DNA of 64,000 nt from Octopus bimaculoides. Taxonomy: Eukaryota. The first letter of the stretch is position 1. Each line of letters begins with the position of its first letter. Below the pieces are notes generated by a model. It ran no database searches. It was not told the origin of the DNA and was given only the letters and a program-made list of their open reading frames with translations. The translations under genes were made by a program, and so were the position numbers. The stretch is taken from contig NC_068983.1 in the NCBI RefSeq assembly GCF_001194135.2, positions 166,301,779-166,365,778 on the forward strand. Direction: 5' to 3'. Of this stretch, positions 12,685 to 25,259 are shown one piece after another.

Positions 12685-12949
12685 TCAAACAGGCTTACAT
12701 AGATATTAGGCATTAGCATAACATCTTGATGTAGATCTTCTGTGGTAGAATTATCATTCATGAACCTGACAACTATGTTATTTAGTGGGATTCATTGCCA
12801 CAGGATAAACAAAAGCAAGTGAAGTGTCTTATCCAATTGTAAAATAGACAAAAATTTAACCTCAGAATAATTGTGTTATTTCCTTTAGTATATATGTGTA
12901 TGAATCAATAATCCAACACACACACACACAATAAATAGAAATAACACAA

Positions 12950-13092
12950 TCATCATCATTTTAATATCCACTTGTCTATGTTTGGCTAAGACTATAGCAG
13001 AAGACACTTGTCCAATGTGCTACATGATGGAACTGAAGCCAAGACCACATAGCTGGAAAGCAAACTTCTTAACTGTACAGCCACAACTGTGC
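12950..13092 (-). mobile_element. SINE A2 with internal deletion
   Basis: catcatcattttaatatccac tail end joined directly to the gactatagcagaagacacttgtcc head segment. Confidence 0.6.
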
Positions 13093-13839
13093 CCTTGGTC
13101 ATATATTTATAATATATAATAATTATTGTTATTGTAATATTTATTATGTATGGTCATCCATGTTGCTAATATAGTAATAATACAGTTATCATTGTTGTTG
13201 CTTATCCTCAGACCAACCCTGATAAAGTAGACACCTACTACAAACAGCAGCTACCATCGTTTCCAGATATATATCCAATACTACAATATTAGATGTATCA
13301 AATGATCTGAAGGAGATTCAGCTCCTATTTCTAGCAGGTTGAACAACCACCAAATAAACACTCCCTTTTAGGTTTGTGAATAAGTAGCCATATTTTGATG
13401 CTGAGCTCTAGTTTTGGGTCCACCATGACACCTGAAGCTAAATTGACTGAAAAATACAACGTAGTTGCTATTATCTCATAAGTAATAATTAATAGCAATA
13501 AATTTTAAGTGCCATTTAATCTAAAGCAGTTCAACACAAGAAGATTAACACCTCTTGAGAAGCTTAAGTAAATAAAAACACAATTGAGAATCAACATTAT
13601 TTTTCAAGTTTTAATCCAAGCGATGAGTAAGCCATGTGCTCAAATACTAGGAAAACTTGAAATTAGCAGCAAATTTACCAAAAAGACGACACTTTTGTTT
13701 GCAGTAAATAAGAATTATATACTCCTCTAAAGTCTATATTTTTTATATTTTTCCTTTCCTAATTATAAATTAATCACATTGGTCTAAATAAATCCAACCC
13801 ATAAGAACATTGATTCTACATGTGATGTGTGTGTGTGTG

Positions 13840-13877
<38 letters not shown>

Positions 13878-14162
13878 TATACTGTAGATTACTTCACAAA
13901 AGATGAAGAACAGTCTCAAATGCACTAATCCTTTCTACTTGCAACAATTCACAAAATTATCAAAAATGAGGAAAGGGTTTTCCAATAGCTTGCATCATGT
14001 TGGATTACAAAGCAGTTTATGGCATCTACATTCCTGACATATGCACCATAGTCAATAGAATTGCATGTTTTGGACATAATTTATATCTTATGCTCATTTC
14101 ATCTTTCTACTACCAAAAATACTTTTACAAATTTAAATGTAACTGCCAAAAACATTTCAACA

Positions 14163-14216
14163 CATCATCACCATCATCGTTCAACATCCGCTTTCCATGC
14201 TAGCATGGGTTGGACG
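14163..14216 (-). mobile_element. Short RTE 3' terminus
   Basis: catcatcaccatcatcgttcaacatccgctttccatgctagcatgggttggacg is the reverse complement of 14615-14670. Confidence 0.8.
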
Positions 14217-14309
14217 GTAAAGAGAATAAAACTAAGACATCTTATTGTTTAAAACTGTGAGCAGCTAAAATCTTAGGATCATCGAAGACAACAAAAACTC
14301 TCAAAATGT

Positions 14310-14680
14310 TTAACACAGATCGTGATGGCACCTGTGCACAGCGCCACCTTCCTGGCACTTGTGCCAGTGGTACGTGTAAAGACATTCGAGCGAGATCATT
14401 GCCAGTGCCGCTGGACTGACAACTGTGCAAGTGGCACGTAAATTACACCATTTTGAGTGTGGTCGTTGCCAGTACCACCTGACTGGCCTTCGTGCTGGTG
14501 GCACGTAAAAGCACCCACTGCACTCTCGGAGTGGTTGGCGTTAGGAAGGGCATCCAGCTGTAGAAACTCTGCCAGATCAGATTGGAGCCTGGTGTAGCCA
14601 CCTGGTTCACCAGTCCTCAGTCAAATCGTCCAACCCATGCCAGCATGGAAAGTGGACGTTAAACGATGATGATGATGATG
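14310..14680 (+). mobile_element. RTE LINE 3' UTR fragment with ~65-nt repeat units and (GAT)n tail
   Basis: Matches the 3' UTR of the ORF-bearing copies at 20040 and 30042; units start at 14352, 14416, 14483. Confidence 0.85.
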
Positions 14681-14734
14681 ACTGTAATAGAAATATATAT
14701 TGCAATTCCTTATGTGATGAATGATCTAAATTTA

Positions 14735-14780
14735 NNNNNNNNNNNNNNNNNNNNNNNNNNNNNNNNNNNNNNNNNNNNNN
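14735..14780. other. Assembly gap
   Basis: Run of N. Other gaps start at 20365, 29217, 30282, 39607, 48572, 49380, 55113, 58812, 60074, 61987. Confidence 0.99.
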
Positions 14781-14914
14781 NAATTGAGTATTAATTTAAT
14801 TAATATCAATTTAAAACTAGTGGCCTAGCATATTGAAAAATCTGAAGATTCAGAAAAATTATATTACATACATAGTGGTCACTTAGTGGTCATCCCTCTC
14901 ATATGTATGTATAC

Positions 14915-14947
<33 letters not shown>

Positions 14948-15574
14948 GGAAGGAAAGGATTTTTGGTATTTGAATCAGCTCAAGACAATGGAAAATGACA
15001 AGGATGGTGGTGATAATGAGATGATGATGATGATGATTGTAATAGAAATATATATTGCAATTCCTTATGTGATGAATGATCTAAATTTATGCAAATAGAA
15101 TAATAAAAATCAGGAATAGAATTTCTCAAAAGAACTTTTATTTTTTATCAAAAAGCAATTTTGAAGGTAATTATCAACCTTAGGTCGACATTATTATCTA
15201 CAAATTTGAAATCGAGGATCATTTGGGGAAAATGGTAAAGATTAAAATTATTTGAGGCAACATTTTATTCACAAGAGGACAATTTAATTGGTATCCACTT
15301 GTTTTAAAAAAAATGAATTTCGATTTTAAAAAGTCAGTAACCATATTGATAGCAACAGTTTACTCTTATAATCAGAACCTGCGTCTTTGTTAGAGAGAGA
15401 GAGAGAGAGAGAAGAGATAGGTTTATTTAATTAGTAAAAGGTATAAACAATTTACAATTTCACTTCTCATATCAGTTAAATCAGTTCATAAACCAGTGGA
15501 GACTTTCTTTGGAAGAGAAAATATAATTTAGTTTTTATTCTGATTCAATGCTTCACTTCTATTTTTCACAAAGA

Positions 15575-15577
<3 letters not shown>

Positions 15578-15659
<82 letters not shown>
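15578..15659. repeat. (TG)n microsatellite
   Basis: Direct reading; longest pure TG/CA tract seen. Others near 13843, 18038, 26478, 38958, 44660, 49390, 54245, 62785. Confidence 0.97.
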
Positions 15660-15660
<1 letters not shown>

Positions 15661-16659
15661 TAGGGATGGGTTGATAAGAAAGCAGAAAACAGAATAACAG
15701 GAAGGAGTAAGAAGGGGGAGGAGAGAGAGAGAGAGAAAACCTTTGAATGCAATGAATGTATCTTCAAATATTCCCTTAGTTTTACAGAGATGGAATTCAG
15801 AAATATCATTAAAATATAGATATATTTGTATCACTGGCAATCTTATCAGCATTACTTATTAGCATTTCACAACATTTCTCCCCCCTCCTCCTCCTCCTCC
15901 TCCTCTTCCTACTACTGCTGCTAATACTTCTCTTTCTTCCTTTTCAACCTTATCATCACTTGTTCTTGTTGCTACCGCCCTTCGCCCCCTCAATTTCCTT
16001 TGTTGCTATCAGTTTTGTTTTTGTGTTATTTTGGTTTTTCCACCTTCATCATTGTTCTTACGTATTCAATGTCAGCCTCCGAGTAAATGTGATAACGCTA
16101 GATTGATAATTAGCTTTCTTGAGATGCATGCAGAATAAAGGCCTTCACAATGTTGTTGTCTTACTAATTTTAATCAGCATGAAAAAAAAAAAAAAACCAT
16201 AACAGACAAAAAAAAAAAAGTGCTCAATGCTCCATAACCAAAGAGAGAACCATTTTAAGTGGCGCCTCTCTCTGGTTTGCTATTTACAGCAATTTGTAAG
16301 GAATGAGGCCAAGTTTACAGAACTAAAATTGGTGAGTTGGCTATAGCATCTAAATAGATGTATTCGCTTTGAAGAAGTAGGATAGTTTTGTAGAAGAGTT
16401 TGCCACTCAACTGAATCAACAGTGATGGCCACATCGATAGAGATGCTGCACTAACTGCAGTCATCAACCTGTTGTAGTGACCACAATGATCAATTTACAG
16501 GGGAGGTAACTGAAAGGAATGTCATCCTAATGTGATTTGAATTAAAGCCAAAAATATCTTTATCATTGGTTTATGGTTTTTTTGTAGATCTATTCTTCCT
16601 CTACAACTATGGTTAATGTTTTTGAAATTTAAACAAATTTTGCATCTTTTAAGTCATAT

Positions 16660-17120
16660 AACAATAGAGTGTCAAGTAGAAAAAAAAAAAAAGATGAGCA
16701 TTTTCAACATCTGCTTCTCTTTGCTTTCAATGAAGGCTCCAAAGCCACCCAAGACATTTGCACTGTGTACAGGGAAGGCACAATTACTGAAAGAGCTGTG
16801 CAGAAATGGTTTTCATGTTTCAAGGAAGGAAAACTTGACTTCAAACTTTCTGTATCAATTGAACAAACTCATTCAAAAGGATCTGTGCCAATCCAGTAAA
16901 GAATTGGCACAGCGGATAGGATGTTCTCATATCATCATCACTCACTGCATGGATGACACATGCTCTGAATAAAAGGGGCAAACCGTATCACTCCTATTTC
17001 ACCACCAGTTTGCTTACTCACAACCAGCTACTCATGGACACAATGGTGTTTCTGCATCAATATGAAGCAGTGGTAAAAGCATCTGAGTCCCAACATCTCA
17101 AGCCAAGTCGATTTGGTGGA
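16660..17120 (+). mobile_element. Mariner transposase remnant (N-terminal HTH region), frameshifted
   Basis: Joined frames read IECQVEKK / DEHFQHLLLFAFNEGSKA..DICTVYREGTITERAVQKWFSCFKEG / LNKLIQKDLCQSSKELAQRIGCSH / THALNK..TSLL..THGH, resembling mariner HFRHLLLFAF..ICAVYGEGA..WF.RF and W(V)PHAL motifs. Confidence 0.85.
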
Positions 17121-17239
17121 ATTGGGAAAGGCTTTTACAAACGAATTGGCAACCAAATAAATATAGCTGATCATCTCCAAGCCTCATCAAACTGATCTAG
17201 GAGAGAAAATAAAGAATGCGTAGTGGCTAGCGATCTGGG

Positions 17240-17370
17240 CTTCTTTCAGTTTCCATCTACCAAATTAATACACAAAGCTTTGTGGGCCAAGGTACCATGC
17301 AGTGGATTGATCCTAAAACTTTGTGATTAGGAAGTAAACTTCTTTACCAGACAGTGGCACCTGTGCCTAT
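17240..17370 (-). mobile_element. SINE A head fragment
   Basis: gggcttctttcagtttccatctaccaaat...gtaccatgcagtggattga...aaacttctttaccagacag. Confidence 0.6.
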
Positions 17371-19339
17371 ATCAACAATTATTCCATGAATAAAATCATA
17401 TATTGTTGAAGAAGCCACCATACTGAAGACATTCTGTGGTTTAGAATAATTTTTATTATTCATATTTATTACAAGAAATATTATATTGATGAAAAAAAAA
17501 ACTTCATTTCCGATTTTAATTCCTCAGCAACAACAAAAAATGGTTTTATTTCTTCTCTGCTGTAATGCACAGCATGCTTGAGCTAATTATAAACAAATCA
17601 CACTTGAAAAATAAAAATATATTCTCAACAAAATTTAAAATGATGTCTGCCTAAGTTTGTAACAAAATAGTCCCCTATAGTCATATACCATTCTAATTCA
17701 TTTATGCAATAAATGAACAGAATTTCTAAGAGAAATCTACTCAAATTTTCTCTTACTTTTTCTTCCAGTGTAATGTGTTTGCTCACATTAAATATTTAAG
17801 TCAGATAATACCCTTCTACTCACTAATCTCAGTAATACAAGTAAAGGTGTCATTTACCGAGAAAAAGAGACAAAAATCCATTTTAAGTGTAGACTTCCAG
17901 CACTCACTGAAATTTCAATGAAAGACATATAAATATGAAGCCACCACTTAGAGACAGAGTCTTTCTTTCTACAGATATTGATCTTTTAAATATAATTATA
18001 AATCTTGCAGCAATAATGTATTGATTTCCAAATAGTTACACACACACACACACACACACACACGTCCAGCTTCTTGATAACTTGAGAAGACTAAAAGTGG
18101 GACAACAAAATTAAATCAAAAGAAAAAAAGAATAACAACCAACCACCTTTCATAGAGTTTTATAAAAGAAAAGAACATTTCTAACAGCTAATATTCAATG
18201 TATTGAAGATGATGTAGTCTTCTTGGAAATTGGTGTCTTCTAAAACAATCTGAAATATTTTCTATTTTCACCAGAATTTCATTTTAAAAACCACCCGATG
18301 CAAAGAACAATATGACAATGTGTGCCACTGAAACAAAACAAGAAATTTTAAAACTCATGTTTGTTTTCTTAAACCCAAATATTTCTAAAAGAAACATTTT
18401 TCAGAATTCCAAGTCATCAATTTGGAAGAATGTTTAAAATACAGAATGCAGCAGAAAAACTTCCCCTATTCTACACATTCTTTGTATGATGCTAGCTAAG
18501 TTAGGTGGGTGATAACAGTTTTTTTCCCCCTCAATTCCCATCACCCAATATATTTACTGTTAAAGCATTTATCAAGTATTGTAAATCTGAGATTTTTGGA
18601 GAGGTTTTTTTTTCCACCACATTATGTATTTCTTAAACAAATAAATATTATCAAAAACTGTGTCTTCTAGAAATTAAACTAAATATGACAATTTAACAAA
18701 ATTTCTTAATATTCCAGCTATTTTTATGTAAAATATATCAATGTTATTTATAGTGTGGTACATGATGCAAACTAAATAGGTCTTGGTTATTTCTCACTAA
18801 AATTATCTATTACTTTCCCAAATTATCTATTACTTGTTCCACATTAAATCAGATAACCATCATCACTTAATACCTGTCTACTCACAAATTTCAACAATAC
18901 ACAGAACCATTTACTGAAAGAAAGACGAATTGGAAATAAATTTCTAAAAGAGATGCAAAAAAGAGAAAAAATGTGCCAACAGTACAATTATTTTTTCATT
19001 TCAATCAAATTTGATGTTTTTCCTTGTTTTTAAATGACAACAATTGAATTTGCTTTTACTGTGAACTTATAATGATGTCAAATCTAGAACATACCCACAA
19101 CATTTCAATAAGATGCATTTTGAACTGACTGCAGCACTTGAAATCCTGATGCATCTGGCTTATTTACAAAGAGCAATATGCATTCATGAAACACACACAC
19201 ACACATAGCAGAACATGAATCATGGATTTAATTTCACCAAGTTACTTTCAATGACCACAATGACCTGGTAAATGTGGCCATTGAATTTCATCATTCAATT
19301 TGCAAATGTTGTTGTTCCATTGCAGGACATATCAGAAAA

Positions 19340-19545
19340 ATATACCATATATCACCATACAAGTGATGCTGTTAGTTTCCAGTCTTTCATGAAAAATATG
19401 TCTCCTCTCAGGGAAATAGTACCTTGCTGGGAAGTAGGTTGAGAGTTGGTGACAGGAAGGGCATCCCAACAGATAATCTGCCTCAAAAAATTCCATCCGA
19501 CCCATGCAAGTGTGGAAAAGCGGATGCCAAATGATGATGATATAA
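19340..19545 (+). mobile_element. SINE A2 tail
   Basis: gacaggaagggcatcccaac...catccgacccatgcaagtgtggaaaagcggatgccaaatgatgatgat. Confidence 0.7.
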
Positions 19546-20039
19546 AGTCTGTACAAAGTTAAGACATTGCCTTGGTCAAGAGATTTATACTTTGATGCTA
19601 TTACATACTGACTAGTCTAGATTATTTCTCAACAGAATGAAATTTTACATAAAACATTAAATCCTGTATACTTAAAATAAAACAAAATCCAATATTAGAA
19701 AAGAGAATAAATTTAACACTATTTTTACATGCTTTGTTAAATAAAAAGTATTTATAAAAATAGCTTGTATCAGCACATGCTCCATACAGAGTTTCTATTC
19801 TGATGATAAGAAGAATACAATTGTTAATAAATGAACAACTGTTTAGTAATGAGTACAGTTTTAGAAAGCCAACATTTTATTTAAAACAAGGCATTGTATT
19901 CTTTTGAAATTAGCTCGTCATAAAATAGATGTTATATAAACAATAGCAACAAGTCAAAAAATAAATGTTTTGACACATTTCTATACTTTATAACAATTTG
20001 GGATATATATAAATTATCATTATTAATAATATCATCATC

Positions 20040-20570
20040 AGCATCAGTTGTGGTGTGCAAGAGAGACAATTGCGCTGGTATGGACATGTGGTGAGAATGG
20101 ATGAGGATAGCTGCGTGAAAAAGTGCCACACCCTAACAGTTGAGGGAACCCGTGGAAGAGGTAGGCCCAGGAAGACCTGGGCTGAGGTGGTGAGGCAAGA
20201 CCTTCGTACATTGGGCCTCACCGAGGCGATGACTTACTGACCGAGACCTTTGGAGGTGTGCTGTGCGTGAGAAGACCCGGCAAGCCAAGTAAGATCGTTG
20301 CCAGTGCCCCTGGACTGGTTCTTGTGCGGGTGGCACATGAGATGCACCATTTTGAGCGTGGCCANNNNNNNNNNNNNNNNNNNNNNNNNNNGGCCGTTTT
20401 CGTGCGGGTGACACGTAAAAGCACCCACTACACTCTCTGAGTGGTTGGCGTTAGGAACTCTGCCAAATTAGATTGGAGCCTGGTGTTGCGATCCGGTTTC
20501 ACCAGTCCTCAGTCAAATCGTCCAACCCATGCTAGCATGGAAAGCGGACGTTAAACGACGATGATGATGA
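20040..20570 (+). mobile_element. 5'-truncated RTE-clade LINE (ORF2 C-terminus plus 3' UTR)
   Basis: QERQLRWYGHVVRMDEDSCVKKCHTLTVEGTRGRGRPRKTWAEVVRQDLRTLGLTEAMT has the LRW.GHV.RM...RGRPR.TW signature of RTE ORF2 ends; 2-nt frameshift near 20235; N-gap in the UTR repeats; (GAT)n tail. Confidence 0.9.
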
Positions 20571-20871
20571 TCATCATCATCATCATCACAGCTATTACAT
20601 GCTACTCTTAAGATTCATGCAGAATTTCAGGATAGCACTTTTCTGCTGATCAATACAGACTGTCATAATTCCAATATTCGTCAGTCTCTTAGGTAACAGT
20701 TTGGGTTTTGTGTCAAGTGTACCAATAACCAAAAGGACCCTTACCAACTTGGCCTTCCACTGTCACTTCCTCTCCCTCTCTCTTGCTGCCTAAGTCCTGA
20801 TATTTCTCAATTTCTTTGATATCCTCTCCTATTACCACATCTTTGGGATGTTATCATATGTTGTTATTGTT

Positions 20872-21310
20872 AAGGTGGTGAGCTGGCCAATTGACAACAT
20901 GTTGGACAAACTTTTTAGTGGCATTTCATCCGACTCTTTACATTTTGAGTTCAAATGCCACCAAAGTCTTGTCTTTGCCTTTCATTCTCTCCTCTCAGGG
21001 TAAATAAAATAAATACTAGTTGATCATTCAAGTCAATGTAATTGGTTAGCCCCTCTCCCTAAAATTGCTGGCTTTGTGCAAGCTGGCAAAATCATTAGGG
21101 CATCAAACAAAATGCCAAACAGCATTTCATCCAACTTATATTTTGAATTCAAATTTCCCTGAGGCTCATTTTGCTTGTCATTCCTATGGGGTCAATAAAA
21201 TAAAATAAAGTACCACTAAAGCACTAAGGTCAAAGTAATCTGCTTGCCCCTCCCTTCAAAATTGCTGGCCATGTGCTAAAATTAGAAAAGAATTATTATT
21301 ATTATTATTG
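20872..21310 (+). mobile_element. Two tandem SINE B copies
   Basis: ggtggtgagctggcc (20874) and agctggcaaaatc (21081) heads, gagttcaaat B-boxes, final (ATT)n tail. Confidence 0.8.
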
Positions 21311-21760
21311 TTATCTGCATGTTTGTTACAATCACTTGCTGAGATGCACCCAGCATCCTAGGGTGGGTGAAGGATAAGAGATGTTACAGTATGACCTGAA
21401 AGCTTGGGGAGGGGAAGTGGCAGGGGCAGTTGTGAAATATCTTCATGTAATACAACACAGACATTTAAATTGATAGGGTTTTCCTAAAGATGTGGGCAGT
21501 ACTTGTCGGCACTATCTTGGATTTCTCTGAGACATGATTCTCCTGGGATCTTATCTAGATGTTTCTGACATCCCTTTTCTTTATCATACCTAGGGCACAT
21601 ACAATAACAGGAACACTTCTCGCTTTGAGATGACACATCTTTTCCATTTCAGTTTCCAGGTCCTTACATTTATTTAATATATCAAATTCTGTTACAGATA
21701 TATTTTTATCAGTGGGAACACATCTATTAGTCTACAAGTATTTTCTTCCCTACCTTTAAT
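21295..21760 (-). mobile_element. 5'-truncated Dong/R4-clade LINE (REL endonuclease C-terminus, (TAA)n tail)
   Basis: With three frameshifts: IKGREENTCRLIDV/PTDKNISVTEFDILNKCKDLETEMEKMCHLKARSVPVIVCALGMIKK/GCQKHLDKIPGESCLREIQ/KIVPTSTAHIFRKTLSI*, stop at 21467-21465. Fits the LIDV.VP.D...K.KDL....W..K...VPV..GALG pattern of R4/Dong. Confidence 0.85.
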
Positions 21761-21764
21761 AATT

Positions 21765-22300
21765 ATTATTGAGTGAGAGAGCAATGCATACCATTAAAGT
21801 GACACAGGGGTACAAATATATGAAGCTCAATACACCCATCATGACCACCCATCTGATTAGGGTACACCAGGTACAGGCATCAAAACCATATGAGCACAAC
21901 ATGGTGATCTCATCTTAAGATAAAAAGACAATGACCTTGCAGGTGGGGCCTAGTTAGAATTTTCTTCAGGTCAAGAAACCCATTGCACTCAAAAGATCTC
22001 TGAAGGTTTGTTAAGGATGTAGAGTGAAACACCCATGATTTTTGAACTGAATTATTCAAGTCCCAAAGAATTCTTCTCAACACATGGTGATGATGCTCCC
22101 CACGTATCATAAGCCACTAAGGGACATGCTCAACTGATTAAGACCAAGCAACTGACAAGCAAATCTGTAGTATTGAGCAGAATATTTTCTGTAGCCTGTC
22201 TTCTATATATATATCAAGACAAAACATGTACATGATAACACTTCCAATCAGTTAAGATCAGAAACTATGGGAGCCACTTCATGGTACTGCATCAGGGCAT
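21765..22300 (-). mobile_element. Family D: ~530-bp non-coding element flanked by (TAA)n
   Basis: Homologous to 24454-24780 and 33258-34289; starts atgccctgatgcagtacc, ends gctctctcactcaataataa. Confidence 0.8.
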
Positions 22301-22328
22301 TTTATTATTACAATTACTATTCTTATTA

Positions 22329-22530
22329 AGATGGCAAGCAGGCAGAATCGTTAGCATGTTGCACAAAACACTTAGCAGCATTTCCCTCGGCTCTTTATAT
22401 TCTGAGTTCAAATCTAGCCAAGGTCAATTTTGCCTTTTATCCTTTCAGGGATAAGATGTCATGTACTGAAATCAATGCAATCGATTTTACCCCTCCCCTC
22501 AAAATTGCTGATCCTGAGCCAAAATTAGAA
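22329..22530 (+). mobile_element. SINE B
   Basis: gcaggcagaatcgttagc...gagttcaaatct...gccttttatcctttcaggg...ccctcccctcaaaattgctg. Confidence 0.8.
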
Positions 22531-22724
22531 AGCTAATCAATCAACTTAACAAATCAAACAATTTGACACAAATGTTAATTTTTCACAAAGCTGTACCAAT
22601 TGTAATATCAGTGATGCTTATGCAAAGAAATTATTACACAGTTAATTTTTTCAATAACATATTGAAATGACTTGCTTAGGTCAAGTGGAGGATCGATAGA
22701 ACTAAATATTATCAGAAAAACTTA

Positions 22725-22925
<201 letters not shown>

Positions 22926-23999
22926 TCATACATGGTTTTAAGATTTCTGAAGACTTGTTGGAGATATTGCAATATTATATAAAGAATGTAAGTAACCCCA
23001 AAATTGATTTTGTAACAACAGTCAACTAATATCCATCATTTTTAAAAATATTTTCTTTGTTACATTAAAGTAAATAAACAATAAAAAGAACTTATTCTCT
23101 TAACCTAATCTATTAGCAGCAGCTCACTGTCAACAGACAGCCACGAATTGAATTAAAGTATGCCATAGTTACTAGAACCAGCTGCACCGTTTTGTTGGCT
23201 TATGTAATGCTTACTACAAAGTTAAATGTATCCAAACTTCAATTTCTATTTGTATATTCCCATCATAACAACATTTAATAATGTTAATAACAGATAATAT
23301 TTTAAAAATTCATATTCAGCACCTGTTTAGCATCCCAAATTATTTTAGCTAGAAAAGAGTTGTGTCCCTTCTTTTTACGAATGCTCCCTCATAACAATTA
23401 TCCATTTCTCATATAAATTCCAATCTTTTTTAAATAGGTCTTTCAACAGAAATCTGTATCGTTAAATTCTCAGTATATTATCAAAAACAATAATTTGAAA
23501 GAACTCCATTAAAAGCTATGCTAACAGTTGATGCTAGACTGTTAGCATGTGGTATTATTTAATTAGGTTTGGTTCAAATAACATTTATATATATATCTTA
23601 GTCTCTTTTGTTTCCTCTAATAGCATCTTTATTTTTCAGATTGTGATACACGTAAGAATGAAATCCTCTAACTACCCAACCACAAAAAAACAAAAAAAAA
23701 CCCCACATACCCTATATTTCTTGTTACATTATAACAATTCCTAAAACAATGATACACAAGAGCAACTTGTTTTTAGCAGTAGACAAATATCCAAATATGT
23801 TTTTGTCTGTTCAAATCTGAACAAATCGCCCACATGTTTCTCTAACCACTATACAAGTAAAACTGAGAAATCTTATAACATAGATGAGAAACGAAATTGG
23901 TGATGACACTTTTCATTTAGTAGACATTCAAACTGCTGATCGTCTGTTCAGTATTCATCTTCAGTAAATACATTATGACTTGACATGGCTTAAGGATCA

Positions 24000-24330
24000 G
24001 GTGAACTTTAAGGCCTGACACATGAGTTTTTACAGCTGAATGCCCTTCCGAACACCAACCACTTCACAGTGTGGACTGGATGCTTTTAAGTGGCACCTGC
24101 ACTGACAGGGTCACCAAGTAGCTTGCAAAATATTTTTAAAAAAACCTTTCAAGAGGGGAGGGGGCATTGGAGGAGGTGGTCTTGTGTTGCACGATGAAAG
24201 GTTATAATGAGACAGAGAGAGAGAAACAGGAGTCTTGTTGTAGAGGAAGTACAAGGTTAGAGAGAGAGAGATCAGGAATGAAGACAGAAACAGGTGTGCT
24301 ACCGAAAAGGAAATACATGGTTACCTAACC
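24000..24330 (-). mobile_element. Family E element
   Basis: tttacagctgaatgcccttccgaacaccaaccacttcacag...gtcaccaagtagcttgcaaaa. Confidence 0.6.
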
Positions 24331-24453
24331 TGAGGGAAGTGCAGAAGGAGAGAGAGAGAGTGTGTGAGACAGCAGGATAGAAATGGTGGCAAAATGATGG
24401 GCATATTCACAAGGGATGAGGATCAGAATATAAATGAGATGGATGAGCAAAGG

Positions 24454-24780
24454 AAGAGAAATTCTTTGGGGTTTAAATAATTCACCTCTGGAAATATGGG
24501 CATTTCATTCATCATCCTTAAACGACCCTTATTCAGGGTCCTTTTGAGCAGGATGAGCTACTCAACCTGAAGACAATTCTAATTGAGCTCTACCTGCAAG
24601 GTCATGCACTGTTTATCTTGATATGAGGTCATCGTGTTGCGCACATATGGTTGTGATGCATGTACCTGGTGTACCCTTATCAAGCAGGTAGTCATGATGG
24701 GTACATTGGGCTTCGTATATTTGTACTACAGTGTCATTTTGATGGCATGCACTGCTCTCTCATTCCATAATAATAATAAT
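24454..24780 (+). mobile_element. Family D, 5'-truncated
   Basis: aattctttggggtttaaataattcacctctgg...gcactgctctctcattccataataataat. Confidence 0.8.
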
Positions 24781-25190
24781 CACTGTTTTAATGAACATTT
24801 TTCCATGCTTGTCTGGGACAAATGGAATTTCCTATGGCCAGATACCCTTTCTGCTGTAAACTTTCACCTGTTTCTAAGGTGGAATTTCCCTCAAGTATGA
24901 TATGTTTTAATGGGAGATTAGAAATGACTGTATGATGGTAATCTCTTTTACAAATACTACGCGATGTCAAGATAAGGAGACACAAACACACACACATCCA
25001 CATAAACACCACTTACACACCACAGATATATACACACATATACAAAAAGCTTCTTTCAGTTACTGTTGACTAAATTCACTCATAGTGCTCTAGTGGAAGC
25101 TACTTGCCCAAGATGCCATGCAGTAGGACTGAACATGAAACCATGCAGTTGGGAGGCAAACTTCTCGACCTTGCCGTCACACTTGCAATA
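24781..25190 (-). mobile_element. SINE A2, decayed
   Basis: ttttccatgcttg...gatgtcaagataaggagacac...acttgcccaagatgccatgcagtaggactgaac. Confidence 0.7.
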
Positions 25191-25259
25191 TTTTTAGTTT
25201 TGCCAACTGAGTAGAATATGCTTTCATGACAAATTCTAATAAGAGGGAAACATGTCCTT

